A stretch of DNA of 49,880 nucleotides from an uncultured bacterium (lineage in GTDB: Bacteria; Patescibacteriota; JABMPQ01; CAVVCK01), in assembly GCA_963746775.1 (NCBI GenBank), contig CAVVCK010000002.1, forward strand, positions 497,656 to 547,535. Reading direction: 5' to 3'. Below, piece by piece: positions 1-9,004 of this stretch (the stretch's first letter is position 1; the number at the start of each line of letters is the position of its first letter). The position numbers and the translations under genes are program-made. Under the pieces are notes generated by a model. That model was not told where the DNA came from. It saw nothing but the letters and a program-made list of their open reading frames with translations, and made no database searches.

Positions 1-902
1 GAAGTAATCGCTCGCTTCAATCCTCCTTCAATAATAAATACTCCACCATCCGGACCCTGCACCGCCGTACCATCGCTATATTTCATAGGTGTTGTAGTAC
101 TATAAGCATCTATTTCATTTTTACTAACTTCTACTACCAAATCTTTATTAAAACCATTTTCTTCAAAAACCTTGCCAGACCAGAAAGGCTTTTTCTTTCC
201 ATTTTGAATATAATAAATTCCCACTGAACCATTCTCGCGAATAAGTGTTCCGCTGGGATGATTGGTTACAAACCAATTGTTCCATGTTTTCCAGAAAAGA
301 AAATTACCGCCATTGCCATCGTCATTTTTTGTCGCCCCAGCATTAGCTCCGGCATAGGGTGTATAATTATAGAGTCCGGCTGTAGCTTTAGTAGCCGGCG
401 TCACCTCTACCTGATCACCCGTGGTTCTGGTCTGCCCTTGCTGCCAGCCATAATTTCCAGAATAATCATAATATTTTCTAAATTGCTTGGCCGCATAATT
501 AACTTGATTGTAAACTCCCAAATATTCGCTATAGTCATTGCCATTATAAATGCCATAACCCATTAATTTATCTAATTGGTTTTGGGATAAATTCTGACAA
601 GTTATAGCGCTTTGTTCTTTCTGGGCTGTGGCTACTAATAGCTTCTGACTAACATTATATGTTTTAGCTGCTTCATAAAAAACTGTAGCTACACTTTTTT
701 GAGTACCGTTAGCATCAACACTTAAGTTAGCTAACCCACTTCCTTTGGAATTTAGGAACTCTTGAATATAGCCAGAAGACATAGAGCTCGAATCTAAATA
801 TTCGTCATCGGATAAAATATTGTTGGGATTATAGATTGCAGCATAAGATAGAAAAGGTAGAGCTATGAATATTATTGATAGAAATATTATTTTTTTGTGC
901 AT
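1..902 (-). CDS. secreted hypothetical protein (N-terminus complete, C-terminus cut by the window edge)
   Basis: My translation of the minus strand from the ATG at 902 gives MHKKIIFLSIIFIALPFLSYA (signal-like), and I checked the frame open down to about position 540 (AIYNPNNILSDDEYL...LLVATAQKEQSAIT...LMGYGIYNG). It is absent from the ORF track because it has no stop inside the window. Confidence 0.6.
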   Translation of the reverse strand, partial: MHKKIIFLSIIFIALPFLSYAAIYNPNNILSDDEYLDSSSMSSGYIQEFLNSKGSGLANLSVDANGTQKSVATVFYEAAKTYNVSQKLLVATAQKEQSAITCQNLSQNQLDKLMGYGIYNGNDYSEYLGVYNQVNYAAKQFRKYYDYSGNYGWQQGQTRTTGDQVEVTPATKATAGLYNYTPYAGANAGATKNDDGNGGNFLFWKTWNNWFVTNHPSGTLIRENGSVGIYYIQNGKKKPFWSGKVFEENGFNKDLVVEVSKNEIDAYSTTTPMKYSDGTAVQGPDGGVFIIEGGLKRAIT

Positions 903-1065
903 ATTTATTTTATAAATTATTCATATTGAAATTAGCTATTTAGAAAATAGAAACTGGTAATAGAAATTTGATAATAGAAAATAGTATTCATTTAATTTCA
1001 ATTTTCTACTTTCCATTACTAATTTCCGATTTCTATACAGCTATTTTCTTTAAAATTTAAAATAA

Positions 1066-1902
1066 TTATCTGACTTTCAAATAATCCCTCAACGCTTTTT
1101 TCCAACTTCTCATTTTGGGAAGCTTAGTATTAATCAACCCAGAACAATGTGGTCTCTTGGCTTTAGTAGGAAATTCTTCCGAAGTGCAGGAATTAACTTT
1201 TATTTCAACTCCTGCTTGTCTAAAAATCTCTAGTGCAAATTTATACCAAGTAGTCTCATCCTCATTAGTTACATGATATATACCAAATTCTTCCCCATTT
1301 TCTATAATTTCCTTAGTTCTTTTGATTAAATCTAGGGTGTAAGTAGGTTTACCATGTTGATCATTGATTACTTTGAGTTCATCCATTTTTTTGGCTAAAT
1401 TAAGCATAGTATCTACAAAATTCTTACCATTTTTACCATAAAGCCAAGCTGTTCTTAAGATATAATATTTTTCACAATTCTCTTTAATGTTTTTCTCAGC
1501 TACAGCTTTTGCTTCTCCATAATAATTCACCGGATTAATTTCACTAAAATCTTCTTCATAACCTTCTTTTCTTTCTCCATTGAAAATATAGTCAGTACTA
1601 TAGTGAACTAATATAGAATCAATTTCCTTACAAGCTTTGGCCAAATTTTTTAAAGCATCACCATTCACAGACATACACAGTTTCCTATTATCTTCACAGC
1701 CATCAACATCTGTATAGGCTGCTGCGTTAATAATAATTTCTGGCTTCAGTCCTGTAATTTTTTTAGAAACTTGATCCTCTTTAGTAATATCAATTTCGGT
1801 TTGATCCCAAGCAGTGACTTCATAATTATTGTCATTCTCAAAAGCACTGACCAAGTCTTGGCCTAACATGCCTTTTCCGCCAACTATCAATATTTTACTC
1901 AT
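1066..1902 (-). CDS. rfbD: dTDP-4-dehydrorhamnose reductase (RmlD family)
   Basis: 278 aa. It has an N-terminal Rossmann motif VGGKGMLG, then YTDVDGCE, STDYIFNG and YGEAK (Y-x3-K), and the typical RmlD length. Confidence 0.85.
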   Translation of the reverse strand: MSKILIVGGKGMLGQDLVSAFENDNNYEVTAWDQTEIDITKEDQVSKKITGLKPEIIINAAAYTDVDGCEDNRKLCMSVNGDALKNLAKACKEIDSILVHYSTDYIFNGERKEGYEEDFSEINPVNYYGEAKAVAEKNIKENCEKYYILRTAWLYGKNGKNFVDTMLNLAKKMDELKVINDQHGKPTYTLDLIKRTKEIIENGEEFGIYHVTNEDETTWYKFALEIFRQAGVEIKVNSCTSEEFPTKAKRPHCSGLINTKLPKMRSWKKALRDYLKVR

Positions 1903-2327
1903 TTTAATAATTTAATTGCTTTTTTAAATATATTCTTAGAAGTATCAAAAGTTAAATTTTCCAAAACCTCTTTTTCTGTATAAGAACCTTTTATTTCTGC
2001 CTCTTCTTGTGGTTTAAATATGTTCTTATTTGTTTCAATTAAATAAACTTGTTGTTTCGACATTTTACCAGAACGTTCTTCTTTACTTTTATCATATACA
2101 AATTCGTCAATAATATCAGTCTTTTTTAAATTGTAATCTTTTGGGGTAAGACCAGTCTCTTCTTTTATTTCTCTCATTATAGCATCATCTAGTGACTTAT
2201 CATTTTCTTCCACTCCTCCTCCCGGAAAAGAAATAACTCCTCTTTTACTTTTAACTAAAATATATTTTATAGAATTTTCTTTTTTTACATAAATTATTCC
2301 TCTAACACCATTGATATATTCTTCCAT
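1899..2327 (-). CDS. Nudix hydrolase
   Basis: Nudix box GGGVEENDKSLDDAIMREIKEETGL. The gene overlaps the rfbD start by 4 nt. Confidence 0.8.
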   Translation of the reverse strand: MEEYINGVRGIIYVKKENSIKYILVKSKRGVISFPGGGVEENDKSLDDAIMREIKEETGLTPKDYNLKKTDIIDEFVYDKSKEERSGKMSKQQVYLIETNKNIFKPQEEAEIKGSYTEKEVLENLTFDTSKNIFKKAIKLLK

Positions 2328-2344
2328 TTATTTAAACTTTATTG

Positions 2345-2890
2345 CTATTTTAAATATTTTTCAAAATATTTCCTAGCAATTGCCATCGCCGCCAAAGTCA
2401 TCCCATCTTGAATTTTATTATTATCAATCATCTTATAAGCTTTTTTAATAGGAACTTCTTCTACTTCTATAAATTCAGTTGCTTCTAATTTTTGCTTTGT
2501 TTCCTCCAAATCAGATGCTACAAAAACAGTACATATTTCCTTGCATAATCCATTCATGGGAGCATAGGTGCCAATTTTTTGAAAATTCTTGGCTTTAAAT
2601 CCTGTTTCTTCTTCTAATTCTTTACGAGCCGCAGTCAAAACACCATCTCCTTTTTCTACAGCGCCAGCTGGCAGTTCATAATAAAATCCATCAACTGGGT
2701 ATCTATATTGTCTTATAAATAAAATTTTATTATTTTTCGTAATTGGCACTACAAAAACTGAATTATGTGTATTTACAATATAATATTTCCCTTGTTTTTT
2801 ATTAGGCAGCTCAAATTTATTCTCACTTATATAATACCACGGACATTCAAAAGCTTTCTTTGAGCTTATTGTTTTCCATTTCTTAAGCAT
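2345..2890 (-). CDS. Nudix hydrolase (ADP-sugar pyrophosphatase-like)
   Basis: Nudix box GAVEKGDGVLTAARKELEEETGF; 181 aa. Confidence 0.8.
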   Translation of the reverse strand: MLKKWKTISSKKAFECPWYYISENKFELPNKKQGKYYIVNTHNSVFVVPITKNNKILFIRQYRYPVDGFYYELPAGAVEKGDGVLTAARKELEEETGFKAKNFQKIGTYAPMNGLCKEICTVFVASDLEETKQKLEATEFIEVEEVPIKKAYKMIDNNKIQDGMTLAAMAIARKYFEKYLK

Positions 2891-3296
2891 TTAATTTTTC
2901 CTTAATTCTCTCAGCTACTTCTTCCGCCTCACCTTCTTTATATTTTTTTGATCCCCAGTGTTTTAATCCATCATCTGATTTTCTGGGAATAATATGAAAA
3001 TGAACATGAGGAACAACTTGCCCAGCTGCTTTGCCATTATTAGTAGTAAAATTAAATCCTTCAGCACCAATACTCTCCATTAAAACCTTACCTATTTTTT
3101 TACTTATAACAATTAATTCTGATAATATTTCATCAGGAGTAGAAGCAGCATCATCGAAATGCTCTTTTGGTACAATTAAAGTATGGCCATGATTCACTGG
3201 ATTAATATCCAAAAAAGCTAAAAACTTTTTGTCTTCGTAAATTTTAGTACAAGGAACTTCTCCTTTTATAATTTTGCAAAAAATACAATTATTCAT
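2883..3296 (-). CDS. HIT-family nucleotide hydrolase/transferase
   Basis: Histidine triad HVHFHIIP, plus CIFCKI and NHGHTLIVPK; 137 aa. Confidence 0.9.
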   Translation of the reverse strand: MNNCIFCKIIKGEVPCTKIYEDKKFLAFLDINPVNHGHTLIVPKEHFDDAASTPDEILSELIVISKKIGKVLMESIGAEGFNFTTNNGKAAGQVVPHVHFHIIPRKSDDGLKHWGSKKYKEGEAEEVAERIKEKLNA

Positions 3297-3368
3297 AGGG
3301 TTTAGAAATTAGTACGTAGCCAGTAGTTTTTACTACTCCCTACGCACTACTAACTAATCACTTATTTA

Positions 3369-3782
3369 TTATACTAATCCTTTCTCCTTCACTACCTTCT
3401 TATACTCTTCATAATCCTCAATATAATCTGATCTATTAGGATTATAGTTAGTAGAAGATATAGCAATTAATAGGGCATCAGAACTAAAATCTTCAAAATG
3501 ATGCCAAACGTAATTGCCTACATAAATAGCTGACTCTGGAGCCTTCATAGGAATTTTCTCTAAACCCTCGCCTCTATCGACTACTGCCACACAAGAACCT
3601 TTAGCTAATATAAAAAATTCTTCTTCTTTCAAATGACAATGTGAACCAGTCTCGCCCTTAGGCTCAGATACAAAATAAACACGCTTTACTTCAAAATCTA
3701 TATAATCTTTTAACTCCACCGGAGACATTATAAAATTCTCTGCTTCTATTTTTTTTATTTTGTGTTCTTTGAATTTAAGCAT
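3369..3782 (-). CDS. cupin, WxcM/FdtA-like sugar 3,4-ketoisomerase
   Basis: 137 aa with the pattern KRVYFV...GSHCH...FFILAKGSC...YVWHHF...YNPNRSDYIEDY, typical of FdtA-like dTDP-keto-sugar isomerases. It sits between rfbD and rfbB. Confidence 0.6.
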   Translation of the reverse strand: MLKFKEHKIKKIEAENFIMSPVELKDYIDFEVKRVYFVSEPKGETGSHCHLKEEEFFILAKGSCVAVVDRGEGLEKIPMKAPESAIYVGNYVWHHFEDFSSDALLIAISSTNYNPNRSDYIEDYEEYKKVVKEKGLV

Positions 3783-3793
3783 GATTTTATTAT

Positions 3794-4348
3794 TTACCCA
3801 AAAAGCAACATTGCCGCCTCATATTTAGGCTTAATTATTTTTTTAGAATTTTCAAATTGTAATTGTTTCCATTTTCGCTCTAACTTTTGTCTCACAGAAT
3901 CCTTTGCTTCACCTCGATCTAAATTCTCAATAAACGCAACCTGAAAAATTCCTGCTATATCATCAAAATTACTCATAGCGTCTGCCTCAACAACAATTTG
4001 TTCTTCTATGGTTTCCCTCTTGTCTTGCCTTGATCCTCTGTGATTTAGAATACATTTTTTTACTAGTTCTATTTTCTCAGTAGGATATTTTAATTCTTTT
4101 AATTTTTCTTCAGCAACTTTTGCACCTGTAATATGATGATTTCCTCGATCATCAACTATTGAACCAATATCATGCAGCCAGGCAGCAATCAAAATTACTT
4201 CCTTATCTCCACCTAGCTCGTCTGCTAATTTTCCGGCATAAGCAACTGTAGGAATAAAATGAAATTTGAAAGGTCCATAACCATATTTATTGGTTGATTC
4301 TCTACATTCTTTTTCAACAAACTTTTTTATTTCTTGAATTATATCCAT
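3794..4348 (-). CDS. HD-domain phosphohydrolase
   Basis: AAWLHDIG HD motif. I chose the internal ATG at 4348 (MDIIQEIKK...) because the tracked start at 4420 overlaps the rfbB 3' end with a low-complexity extension. Confidence 0.7.
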   Translation of the reverse strand: MDIIQEIKKFVEKECRESTNKYGYGPFKFHFIPTVAYAGKLADELGGDKEVILIAAWLHDIGSIVDDRGNHHITGAKVAEEKLKELKYPTEKIELVKKCILNHRGSRQDKRETIEEQIVVEADAMSNFDDIAGIFQVAFIENLDRGEAKDSVRQKLERKWKQLQFENSKKIIKPKYEAAMLLFG

Positions 4349-4379
4349 AATAAGATCTTTATGTATGAATGTTAAGAAC

Positions 4380-5438
4380 CTATTTCTTAGAAGACTCCTT
4401 AGGCTTCTCAGACTTATCAATCCCTTCCTGCCATTTATTCATTTCATCTTTCTTCCTGGCATTTAATTTTTCCACCCATTCAGTATTGGCTTGATACCAT
4501 TCAACTGTCTCTGTTAGCCCTTGTTCAAATTTCTCTCTGGGATAATCTGGCTTCCAACCTAATTCTCTAATTTTAGTAGCATCTATAGCATATTTTCTAT
4601 CATGTCCCGGCCTATCTGTTACATATTCTATCATATCCTCACCTTTTCCTAAAATCTTCAAAATCATTTTAGTTAATTCCATATTGTTCCTCTCATTATC
4701 AACACCAATATTATAAACCTCGCCAGGAGTTCCTTCGTGCAACAATAAATCCAGAGCCTTGCTATGATCAAGCGCATGAATCCAATCACGAACATTTAAG
4801 CCATCACCATAGACAGGCACTTTTTCTCCGGCCATCAATTTGAAAATGAAAAAAGGAATAATCTTTTCCGGAAATTGATAAGGACCATAATTATTAGAAC
4901 AATGAGTTACAATTACTGGCACTTTATGAGTTACTCGATAAGCGTTACACATTAAGTCTCCGCCAGCTTTAGCCGCTGCATAGGGCATATTAGGCATAAT
5001 AGGCCAATTCTCATCAAATTTCCTCTCATCATCCAAATCCAAATCTCCAAATACTTCATCAGTGGAAACATTTATCATTTTCTCAATATTGTTATAGCGA
5101 GCAGCATCAAGCAGCATCTGTACTCCAAGAGTATTAGTTAAAACAAAATCTTTACAACCACCATGAATGGAACGATCGACATGAGTCTCCGCTGCAAAAC
5201 TAATCATATGGGTAATGCCATGTTCTTTGATGGTTTTATTTAACATTTCCAAATCAGTAATATCGCCTTTTACAAATGTATAATTTGGTTTGTCTTCAAT
5301 ATCTTTTAAATTATCTAAATTACCCGCATAAGTTAATTTATCGTAATTAACTATTTTATAGTCTGGATATTTATTCACCATCATTCTAATAAAATTTGAG
5401 CCAATAAAGCCCGCCCCTCCACATACTAATAATTTCAT
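4380..5438 (-). CDS. rfbB: dTDP-glucose 4,6-dehydratase
   Basis: GGAGFIGSNF, AAETHVDRS, STDEVFG, YAAAKAGGD and CSNNYGPYQFPEK; 352 aa. Confidence 0.9.
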   Translation of the reverse strand: MKLLVCGGAGFIGSNFIRMMVNKYPDYKIVNYDKLTYAGNLDNLKDIEDKPNYTFVKGDITDLEMLNKTIKEHGITHMISFAAETHVDRSIHGGCKDFVLTNTLGVQMLLDAARYNNIEKMINVSTDEVFGDLDLDDERKFDENWPIMPNMPYAAAKAGGDLMCNAYRVTHKVPVIVTHCSNNYGPYQFPEKIIPFFIFKLMAGEKVPVYGDGLNVRDWIHALDHSKALDLLLHEGTPGEVYNIGVDNERNNMELTKMILKILGKGEDMIEYVTDRPGHDRKYAIDATKIRELGWKPDYPREKFEQGLTETVEWYQANTEWVEKLNARKKDEMNKWQEGIDKSEKPKESSKK

Positions 5439-5634
5439 TTATTTTTCTTATTTAATTTTTAATTGTAAATATATTTTAGTAGCATTTTATATTATTTTCA
5501 ACCCTAAAATGTAAAAATCTCCTCTTGCCAAACTCATATTTTATGCTATCCTTTCCTTATATTAATAACTACGGTCATCTGGTTATAATCTCGTTAAAGA
5601 TATCTACTGGATAACCGCTTATAACAGCAAAAAA

Positions 5635-5901
5635 ATGCTAGACAAAAAGAAAAAAGATAAGATTATCGCTAAGTTTAAAACTCATAAAAGCGATACTGGC
5701 TCTCCAGAAGTACAAATTGCCATCTTATCTCATGAAGTAACCGAATTAATTGACCATTTAAAGACTCATCGCAAAGATAATTCCTCAAGACGTGGACTTT
5801 TAGGTAAAATAGCCCTTCGAAGAAAGCTTTTAAGCTATTTAAAGAAAGAAGACGAGAAAAGATACGAAGATTTAATTAAAAAACTTAAATTAAAGAAATA
5901 A
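5635..5901 (+). CDS. rpsO: 30S ribosomal protein S15
   Basis: 88 aa with [12 protein letters not shown]...L..HLK.H.KD..SRRGLL, the classical S15 sequence. It lies upstream of pnp, as in many bacteria. Confidence 0.95.
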   Translation: MLDKKKKDKIIAKFKTHKSDTGSPEVQIAILSHEVTELIDHLKTHRKDNSSRRGLLGKIALRRKLLSYLKKEDEKRYEDLIKKLKLKK

Positions 5902-5927
5902 AGGCTATCTTTAGCCTTTTTCTTTTT
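5902..5927 (+). terminator. intrinsic terminator after rpsO
   Basis: The stem aggcta/tagcct has a 4-nt loop and is followed by tttttcttttt. Confidence 0.6.
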
Positions 5928-5933
5928 AAATAT

Positions 5934-6437
5934 ATGAACAATAAACACAAAGATCAAAAAATAGGAGTATTTGTTGATGTACAAAATCTATACTACTCTG
6001 CTCGCGCCCTTTACCACAAAAAGGTTGATTTTGGTAAAATATTAAAAGAAGTTACTGGCGATAGGAAGCTAATCAGAGCCATTGCTTATGTAATAAAGAC
6101 AGATGTAGTAAAAAAAGAAAGTAATTTTTTCGAGGCTCTAGAGAATAGAGGTTATGAAGTAAAATCTAAAGATTTACAAACTTTTTATGGTGGAGCTAAA
6201 AAGGGAGATTGGGACATCGGTATTGCTATGGATACTATAGAAATAGCTTCCAAAGTAGATGTAATAGTTCTAATTTCTGGAGATGGAGATTATGTAGAAC
6301 TGTTACAACATTTAAAGAGAGCTGAAAGTTGTAAAGTTGAGGTAGCTGCTTTTCGTAAAAGCTCTTCCAAAAGATTAGTAGAAGAAGCTGATGAATTTAC
6401 AGATTTAGGTAAAGATAGTAGGTTTTTGATAAAATAA
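5934..6437 (+). CDS. NYN / LabA-like (DUF88) nuclease-fold protein
   Basis: IGVFVDVQNLYYSAR...DWDIGIAMD...VIVLISGDGDYVELL matches the NYN/LabA pattern. Confidence 0.7.
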   Translation: MNNKHKDQKIGVFVDVQNLYYSARALYHKKVDFGKILKEVTGDRKLIRAIAYVIKTDVVKKESNFFEALENRGYEVKSKDLQTFYGGAKKGDWDIGIAMDTIEIASKVDVIVLISGDGDYVELLQHLKRAESCKVEVAAFRKSSSKRLVEEADEFTDLGKDSRFLIK

Positions 6438-6438
6438 C

Positions 6439-6472
6439 TCAAAAGGTATTTTTATTTCGCCTTTTGATTTTA
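6439..6472 (+). terminator. intrinsic terminator after the NYN gene
   Basis: tcaaaagg ... ccttttga stem followed by a T-rich run. Confidence 0.5.
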
Positions 6473-6549
6473 TATATATTAATTAAACAGAACTTTTTAC
6501 AGACTATAGAATATTAGAAAGGATAGGATTTTTTAAGGATTAGCGAATT

Positions 6550-6612
6550 GAAATGAAACGAAATTCGCGCTCGTGGGGTTATAAGGCGCGAAATTCCACT
6601 CCGTTCCATTTC
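6550..6612 (+). promoter_or_regulatory. long stacked hairpin in the pnp 5' leader
   Basis: The inner stem aaattcgcgc (6561-6570) / gcgcgaaatt (6586-6595) is a perfect 10 bp. It stacks on an outer stem 6550-6560 / 6602-6612 (11 positions, 1 mismatch). The hairpin lies 112 nt upstream of the pnp ATG. Confidence 0.5.
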
Positions 6613-6723
6613 GCTCCTACAAAGCTCATAGAGCTATTCCAATATCATATTCTCCCTAATATTCTTTACAGAATCTGTATTAAGTTCGGAAAGACCTTGT
6701 GCCAAACACAGGGTAAAAAATGT

Positions 6724-8817
6724 ATGACAGATTCTAAAATCTCTACATTTGAAGAAGAAGTAGGAGGGAGAAAATTAATCATCGAAACAGGAAAACTAGC
6801 CAATCAAGCCAGTGGTTCAGTTACTGTTCGATATGGCGATACTATGGTATTAGCCACTATTACTATGTCAGAAGGTGTTCGAGACGACATAGATTATTTC
6901 CCCTTAATGGTTGATTATCAGGAAAAACTTTACGCTACTGGTAAAATCAAAGGCTCTAGATTCATGAAAAGAGAAGGAAGACCTTCTGATGAGGCAGTCT
7001 TAACTGGCAGAGTAATTGACCGCTCAATTAGACCCCTATTTCCACAACACATCATAAATGATATTCAAGTCGTTTGTGAGGTATTGTCTGTTGATGAAGA
7101 AAATGATTCAGCCATTCTCTCAATTATTGCCGCCTCAGCAGCTATGGCTATCTCCGACGTACCCGTACAAGAAATAATTAGTGCTTTTCGGGTTGGTAAG
7201 GTTGCTGGAAAATTTATTTTAAATCCAACTTTTGAAGAACGCAAAATTAGTGATTTAGATTTAATTCTATCAATTACTGAAAATGATAAATTAATAATGA
7301 TAGAAGGCCAATCGAAAGAAGTATCTGAAGAAGATGTGATTGAAGCTATAAAATTAGCTAAAGAAAGTTCTAAGAAAGTAATTGATTTAATCAAAAAAGC
7401 GCAAAAAGAAATAGGCAAAGAAAAGAAAGATATGCCAAAGCCTGAAATAAAAGAAGAACTTATTGAAGCAGTTAAAGAAATAGCTGAGAAGAAAGTGGAA
7501 GAAATATTATTTATGGCTGGAAAGCAAAAAAGGAAAAAAGAAATTTATAAACTAAAAGATAATATAGCCAGCGAATTAGTAGAAAAATTCGGCGAAGAAG
7601 AAAAAGCCAACATTAAAACTGCTTTCGTTAAAATTTTAGACAATTTAGTAAACAGTAAAATTTTAGATGGAAATATTCGTATTGGTGATAGAGCCATTGA
7701 TGAAATTAGACCACTATCAGCAGAAATAGATATACTTCCCAGAACTCACGGATCAGGATTATTCCAACGAGGAGAGACTCAGGTATTAACTGCCACTACT
7801 CTAGGTGGACCAAGCATGGAACAGATTATAGATGATATGGGAGAAGAATATAAGAAAAGATATATGCATCATTATAATTTTCCTCCTTATAGCGTTGGCG
7901 AAGTACAGCCCCTAAGAGGTCCTTCTCGACGCGATATCGGACATGGCGCTTTGGCTGAGAAAGCTCTAGAAGCAGTATTGCCTCCTAAAGAAGAATTTCC
8001 CTATACTATTAGACTTGTCTCAGAAGTTATGAGTTCTAACGGCTCATCTTCAATGGCTTCTGTCTGTGGCTCTTCTCTATCATTAATGGCAGCCGGTGTT
8101 CCTATTAAAAATGCTTGTGCTGGTATTGCTATGGGATTGATTGCTAATGATAAGGGTGATTATAAAATACTAACTGACCTTCAAGATTTAGAAGATATTG
8201 ATGGCGGTATGGATTTTAAAATTGCAGGTAGTAAAGATGGTATTACTGCTATCCAGATGGATACCAAAACCTTAGGCTTAACGGATGAAATGGTAAAAGA
8301 AACCCTAACCAAAGGTAAAAAAGCCAGACTTCAAATATTAGATGTTATGAATAAAGTCATTGATAAACCTCGTGCCGATCTATCTAAATATGCTCCTAGA
8401 ATTATTGCTTTCAAGATTGATCCAGAAAAAATTGGCGATGTTATCGGACCACAGGGTAAGATTATTAATGAAATCATTGATGCCACTGGCGTGGAAATAG
8501 ACATAGAAGACGATGGCATGGTTAATATTACCTCTACTGATCCTGTCAAAGCAGAAGAAGCTAAAAATTGGATTCACAATCTCGTTCGTGAAGCTAAGGT
8601 TGGCGAAATATTTGATGGCAAAGTAACCCGTAAAATAAATTTCGGCATATTTGTTGAAATACTTCCCGGCAAAGAAGGCTTAGTACATATTTCCAACCTT
8701 AAAGCTAATGGGATCTATGACGTTGAGAAAAGCTTTCATATAGGTGATAAAATTAAAGTAAAAGTTACAGAAATTGATGATCAGGGCAGAACTAATTTAG
8801 GATTATTTAAGAAATAA
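6724..8817 (+). CDS. pnp: polyribonucleotide nucleotidyltransferase (PNPase)
   Basis: Two RNase PH domains, then KH (IGPQGKIINEI) and S1 (GEIFDGKVTRKINFGIFVE) domains. I chose the start at the internal ATG 6724 (MTDSKISTFEEEVGGRKL); the tracked 57-aa extension covers the leader hairpin. Confidence 0.95.
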   Translation: MTDSKISTFEEEVGGRKLIIETGKLANQASGSVTVRYGDTMVLATITMSEGVRDDIDYFPLMVDYQEKLYATGKIKGSRFMKREGRPSDEAVLTGRVIDRSIRPLFPQHIINDIQVVCEVLSVDEENDSAILSIIAASAAMAISDVPVQEIISAFRVGKVAGKFILNPTFEERKISDLDLILSITENDKLIMIEGQSKEVSEEDVIEAIKLAKESSKKVIDLIKKAQKEIGKEKKDMPKPEIKEELIEAVKEIAEKKVEEILFMAGKQKRKKEIYKLKDNIASELVEKFGEEEKANIKTAFVKILDNLVNSKILDGNIRIGDRAIDEIRPLSAEIDILPRTHGSGLFQRGETQVLTATTLGGPSMEQIIDDMGEEYKKRYMHHYNFPPYSVGEVQPLRGPSRRDIGHGALAEKALEAVLPPKEEFPYTIRLVSEVMSSNGSSSMASVCGSSLSLMAAGVPIKNACAGIAMGLIANDKGDYKILTDLQDLEDIDGGMDFKIAGSKDGITAIQMDTKTLGLTDEMVKETLTKGKKARLQILDVMNKVIDKPRADLSKYAPRIIAFKIDPEKIGDVIGPQGKIINEIIDATGVEIDIEDDGMVNITSTDPVKAEEAKNWIHNLVREAKVGEIFDGKVTRKINFGIFVEILPGKEGLVHISNLKANGIYDVEKSFHIGDKIKVKVTEIDDQGRTNLGLFKK

Positions 8818-8841
8818 AAAAAATAAAATAGATATACCGTT

Positions 8842-8910
8842 GAAATACAATTGAAATACATTGTGGTTTACATGTACCTAAAATAGCCACAATGTATTTC
8901 TACGTATTTC
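8842..8910 (+). terminator. long hairpin after pnp
   Basis: gaaatacattgtgg (8853-8866) pairs perfectly with ccacaatgtatttc (8887-8900), extended by gaaatac/gtatttc. A T-rich tract follows. Confidence 0.5.
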
Positions 8911-9004
8911 TATAAATTTCTACTGTATTTCTTGTAATTTTAACACTTTAGTTTGTTTTTATAATAAACCTCAGAAATGTATAAAAATACAATCTAAATC
9001 ATCT

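Noticed and set aside
258-566. 102-aa plus-strand ORF from the track
   Set aside because: It lies entirely antisense to the long open minus-strand frame (1-902), which has a signal peptide and a protein-like sequence. The plus ORF is Ile/Ser/Cys-rich shadow sequence.
4349-4420. Upstream start of the HD-domain ORF
   Set aside because: The 24 extra codons (MISLRSLRSLLRNRFL...) overlap the 3' end of rfbB and are low-complexity. The internal ATG at 4348 gives a normal HD protein.
6553-6723. 57-aa N-terminal extension of PNPase in the track
   Set aside because: The extension (MKRNSRSWGYKARNSTPFHFAP...) is the translated leader hairpin. Canonical PNPase sequence starts at the ATG at 6724.
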